Program-made: the position numbers and the translations under genes | From: Scyliorhinus canicula | Taxonomy: Eukaryota | DNA length: 64,000 bases | Direction: 5' to 3' | Assembly (NCBI RefSeq): GCF_902713615.1 | Contig: NW_024056013.1 | Location: forward strand, 1,325,420 to 1,389,419 | Notes under the pieces: model-generated | What the model saw: the letters and a program-made list of their open reading frames with translations, nothing else | Told to the model about the DNA's origin: nothing | The model's database searches: none | Shown: positions 60,741-64,000 of the stretch, piece by piece | Layout: every line of letters starts with the position of its first letter | Numbering within the stretch: the first letter of the stretch is position 1

Positions 60741-61235
60741 GGGCAGCGCGGTAGCATTGTGAATAGCACAATTGTTTCACAGCTCCAGGGTCCCAAATTC
60801 GATTTCGACTTGGGTTACTGTCTGTGTGGAGTCTGCACATCCTCGCCGTGACTGCGTGGGTTTCCTCCGGGTACTCCGGTTTCCTCCCACAGTCCAAAGA
60901 TGTGCAGGTTGGGTGGATTGGCCATGAAACATTGTCCAAAATTCTATGATTAATCTAGGACAAATGTTTGGCGCAACATTGTGGACCGAAGGGCCTGTTC
61001 TGTGCTGTATTTCTCTATCACTGTCTGTGTGGAGTCTGCACGTCCTCCCCGTGTGTGCGTGGGTTTCCTCCGGGTACTCCGGTTTCCTCCCACAATCCAC
61101 AGATGTGCAGGTTAGGTGGATTGGCCATGATAAATTGCCCTTAGTGTCCAAAATTCTATTATTAACCTAGGACAATAGTTCGGCACAACATCGTGGGCCG
61201 AAGGGCCTGTTCTGTGCGGTATTTCTCTATCTATC
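60741..61235 (+). mobile_element. V-SINE with internal tandem duplication of body and tail
   Basis: ctgtctgtgtggagtctgcac...aagggcctgttctgtgc occurs twice (~60820-61015 and ~61020-61230). Confidence 0.8.
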
Positions 61236-62165
61236 TCTATCTTAGGGTAGACATCTTATAGGATCTTGGGTGTTTGCCCATAGACCCCTGAAGGCGGCAG
61301 GACAAGTGAATAGGGTAGTTAAGGCATACGGGACACCTGCCTTTATCAGTCATGGAATAGACTATAAGAGCAGGGAGGTAATGTTGGAGCTGCAGAGGAT
61401 TTTGGTTCACCTGCAGCTGGAGTACTGTATTCAGTTCTGTTCACCGCACTATAGGAAGGAGGTTATTGCACGAGAGAGGGTGAAGAAGATTCACCAGGAT
61501 GCTACTTGGAATGGAGCATTTTAACTGTGAAGAGAGGCTGGATAAGATCGGGTTGTTTTCTTTGGACTAGAGAGGCAGGGAGGGGACCTGAATAAAGTGC
61601 AAAGAAAAGTTCAGCACAGGAACAGGCCCTTCGACTCTCCAAGACTGTGCCGATCACGATGCTCTAACTACAAAAAAAAAACTTCTGTGCTGACTCGGTG
61701 CGTATCCCTCTGTTTCCTCCATATTCATGTCCCCATCCAGATGCCTTTTAACTGTTGCTAATGTGCCTGCTTCCACCACATCCTCTGGCAGTGCGTTCCA
61801 GGCACCCCCCCCCCCCCCCCCTTCTGCATGAAACACTTACCCCACACATCTCCCTTAAACTTTTCCCCTCTCACGTTGAAAGTGTGCCCCCTTATAATTG
61901 ACACTTCCACCCTTAGAAAAAGCTGACTAACTTTAAGTCTCCTATTTTCTAATAACCGTCTTTAAGGAAAATTCAATTTTTCTATAATGTCCCCTCAATT
62001 CTCCCAGTGACAACCCTCAGTCCATCTTCCAATTCAACGAATGTCTTGAAAACCCAAATAACCTCATATTTTAATGTTTAAAATGGGAAGTGAGGCGAAT
62101 GTAATGCTGAGGCCGGCAGCAATCTCTATGGGTGTTCTTGATGTTGTCAGAGTGAGTTCACCCTC

Positions 62166-64000
62166 TGTAAGGTATATTTGTGCAGCTGCTTCTAGCTCTG
62201 ACTAAGGAGGGCGATGGGGGTGGCGGTTTAGATAACATTTATGTTAGCAACAGTACTGTGAGTGGGCAGCTATGTAACCCGCCCAAGGCTATTGCGCGCG
62301 GAACAACCTTTATCAGTGTGTGTAACTTGAGGCTCGGCAGAATGCGCCTTCTCCAGCCATAACTCAGATGGCTGTACGTGTTACAATCCTAAGTAAAAAC
62401 TATCTACTTGATTGAAGCCTTACTGTGTCGACTCACTCATTGAACTGAGATTTAGCCTAACAAATTGGTGACCCCGACGTTGGGGGGGGGAGTCGAACAC
62501 AACTCCGTTTAAGATCGCAGAGACAATTAAAAGCCGGCTAAAAAGAAGGTACGGAGTCAAACCTGTTAAATCAAAACTCCAAAATTGAAATTTTAAATTG
62601 TGTAATAATTGTCTCAGTGATTGAAAAAGGAGACAAAATTAGAAGACGACCATAGCCGGACGTCAAACGCCTTGGGATTGTGACACGTAAGTGTTAAGTT
62701 AAACTTAAAAGTCCTTAAGGTGTAAGATTAATGACCCAGGAAGTCTACTACCTTCGACCAAATATTAGTGATAATATTTACTTAAAGTCTTTACTTAAAA
62801 AACTGTCAGATATCAGAAGTAGAGTGAGAAGGAAATAGAATTATTACCTTCGACCAAATATTAGTGATAATATTTACTCAAAGTCTTTACTTAAAAAACT
62901 GTCAGATCTCAGAAGTAGAGTGAGAAGGAAGTAGAGGGCATGTTATTACCTTCGACCAAATATTAGTGATAATATTTACTTAAAGTCTTTACTTAAAAAA
63001 CTGTCAGATATCAGAAGTAGAGTGAGAAGGAAATAGAGTCTATTACCTTCGACCAAATATTAGTGATAATATTTACTTAAAGTCTTTACTTAAAAAACTG
63101 TCAGATCTCAGAAGTAGAGTGAGAAGGAAGTAGAGTTTTAGAATTGGAAAATTGTTTTGTTGCCTTAGACTGGTTATTAAGAACAGAGATCTGTCACGTG
63201 AAGGTCGGGCATTGAAAACAAAACAATTTTGGATCTATTATCACCGATTCATAAGAGACTTGAAATATAAATGTCCGGTAACATTAGAGAAATATGTAAG
63301 TTGGAATATTTACGTGATGACATGGCCAGGATGTGAAGTAAAATGTCAGGAGAATTGCATAAAAATTTAGAAGAAAAATGGCCACTGGGGGAAAACTAAT
63401 GCATTAAAATTGGGTATAAAATTGAAAGAGAAAGAAATAGTTAAAACAGCCAACGTCTTAAAAAAAAAGAACGGCACATATGGGAAAATAACCAAGTCAT
63501 TAGGCTATCCGCCTTGAATCTGTATATTAATCCATGTGAGTTTAAGCTTAAGTGAGATAAGGTGCTGTCAGGGACTGCGGAGTTCCCAAATCTTATCTCC
63601 CAGAATTCTGACATAGTAAACTGCTTTGTTACTGATATTCAGGCCTTTGTGTGAATATTTTCACCCCTAACATTTAGTGTAAGTCTGGAAGGATTTGCTG
63701 AGCTGGACGCCGCTCGAGCCGGTGGACAAGGCGAGTAGTCAAACCTTTGACCGCCTAAAATTAGAATCACTTGGCAAGGCGGACAGGTGAGGTAACATCC
63801 AATAAATCTAGTATCAAGGCCAAATGAGTAAAAAAGTCAGTTTAAAACATTTTTTTGGTTTTTGAAGAGCAAAATACTCTGGTAAAAAAAAAACAATGAT
63901 CAAAGATGGGTGTGATTTCTGTGGAACAGAGAAAAATGGTGAGATACACAGAAGTAAAGATAAGACAAATAAAGTTAGAAGCACAAATGATAAATTCAAC
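62166..64000 (+). mobile_element. 5' end of an LTR retroelement/ERV: LTR 3' end, tRNA-Trp primer-binding site and long leader
   Basis: ...gcctaaCA (62462), aat, then TGGTGACCCCGACGT (62466-62480), 15 nt complementary to the tRNA-Trp 3' end. LTR start at TGTAAG (62166) is a guess; no gag ORF inside the window. Confidence 0.7.
62745..63137 (+). repeat. 4 x ~96-102 bp tandem repeat in the retroelement leader
   Basis: ccttcgacca at 62751, 62847, 62949 and 63046. Confidence 0.92.

Noticed and set aside
1008-61820. Scattered long G/C homopolymers (e.g. ~1008-1038, ~5896-5921, ~35185-35212, ~41928-41955)
   Set aside because: Run lengths are unreliable in assemblies and there is no positional pattern; they also mean some ZNF frameshifts may be sequencing errors

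Overview
Vertebrate genomic DNA from a cartilaginous fish (shark). This is inferred from the shark-type IgM constant-region sequence and from shark HE1/V-SINE, DeuSINE and CR1 repeats; the species cannot be fixed from sequence alone. The first ~14.6 kb (+ strand) hold the constant half of one IgM heavy-chain cluster: Cmu1-Cmu4 with secretory tail, TM1 and TM2, all with intact frames and GT/AG phase-correct splice sites. I saw no V/D/J segments, so they presumably lie left of the window. Upstream of Cmu1 are a >1.3 kb G-rich 19-20 bp tandem repeat and a 7x29 bp AGCT-rich repeat, both resembling switch regions. From ~15 kb to ~58 kb is an array of paralogous C2H2 (TGERPF-linker) zinc-finger gene cassettes: two intact, two largely intact with terminal frameshifts, two pseudogenes and one relic. 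Three CpG-rich NRF1/YY1-type promoters lie among them. The rest is dense retroelement debris: CR1 LINEs, L1 ORF1, an RTE-BovB-like fragment, at least four SINE families, nested solo LTRs, a TIR element, Penelope-type hammerhead motifs and minisatellites. The window ends in the 5' LTR, tRNA-Trp PBS and leader of an LTR retroelement. Exon, PBS, TSD and motif coordinates were counted by hand; repeat boundaries are approximate.
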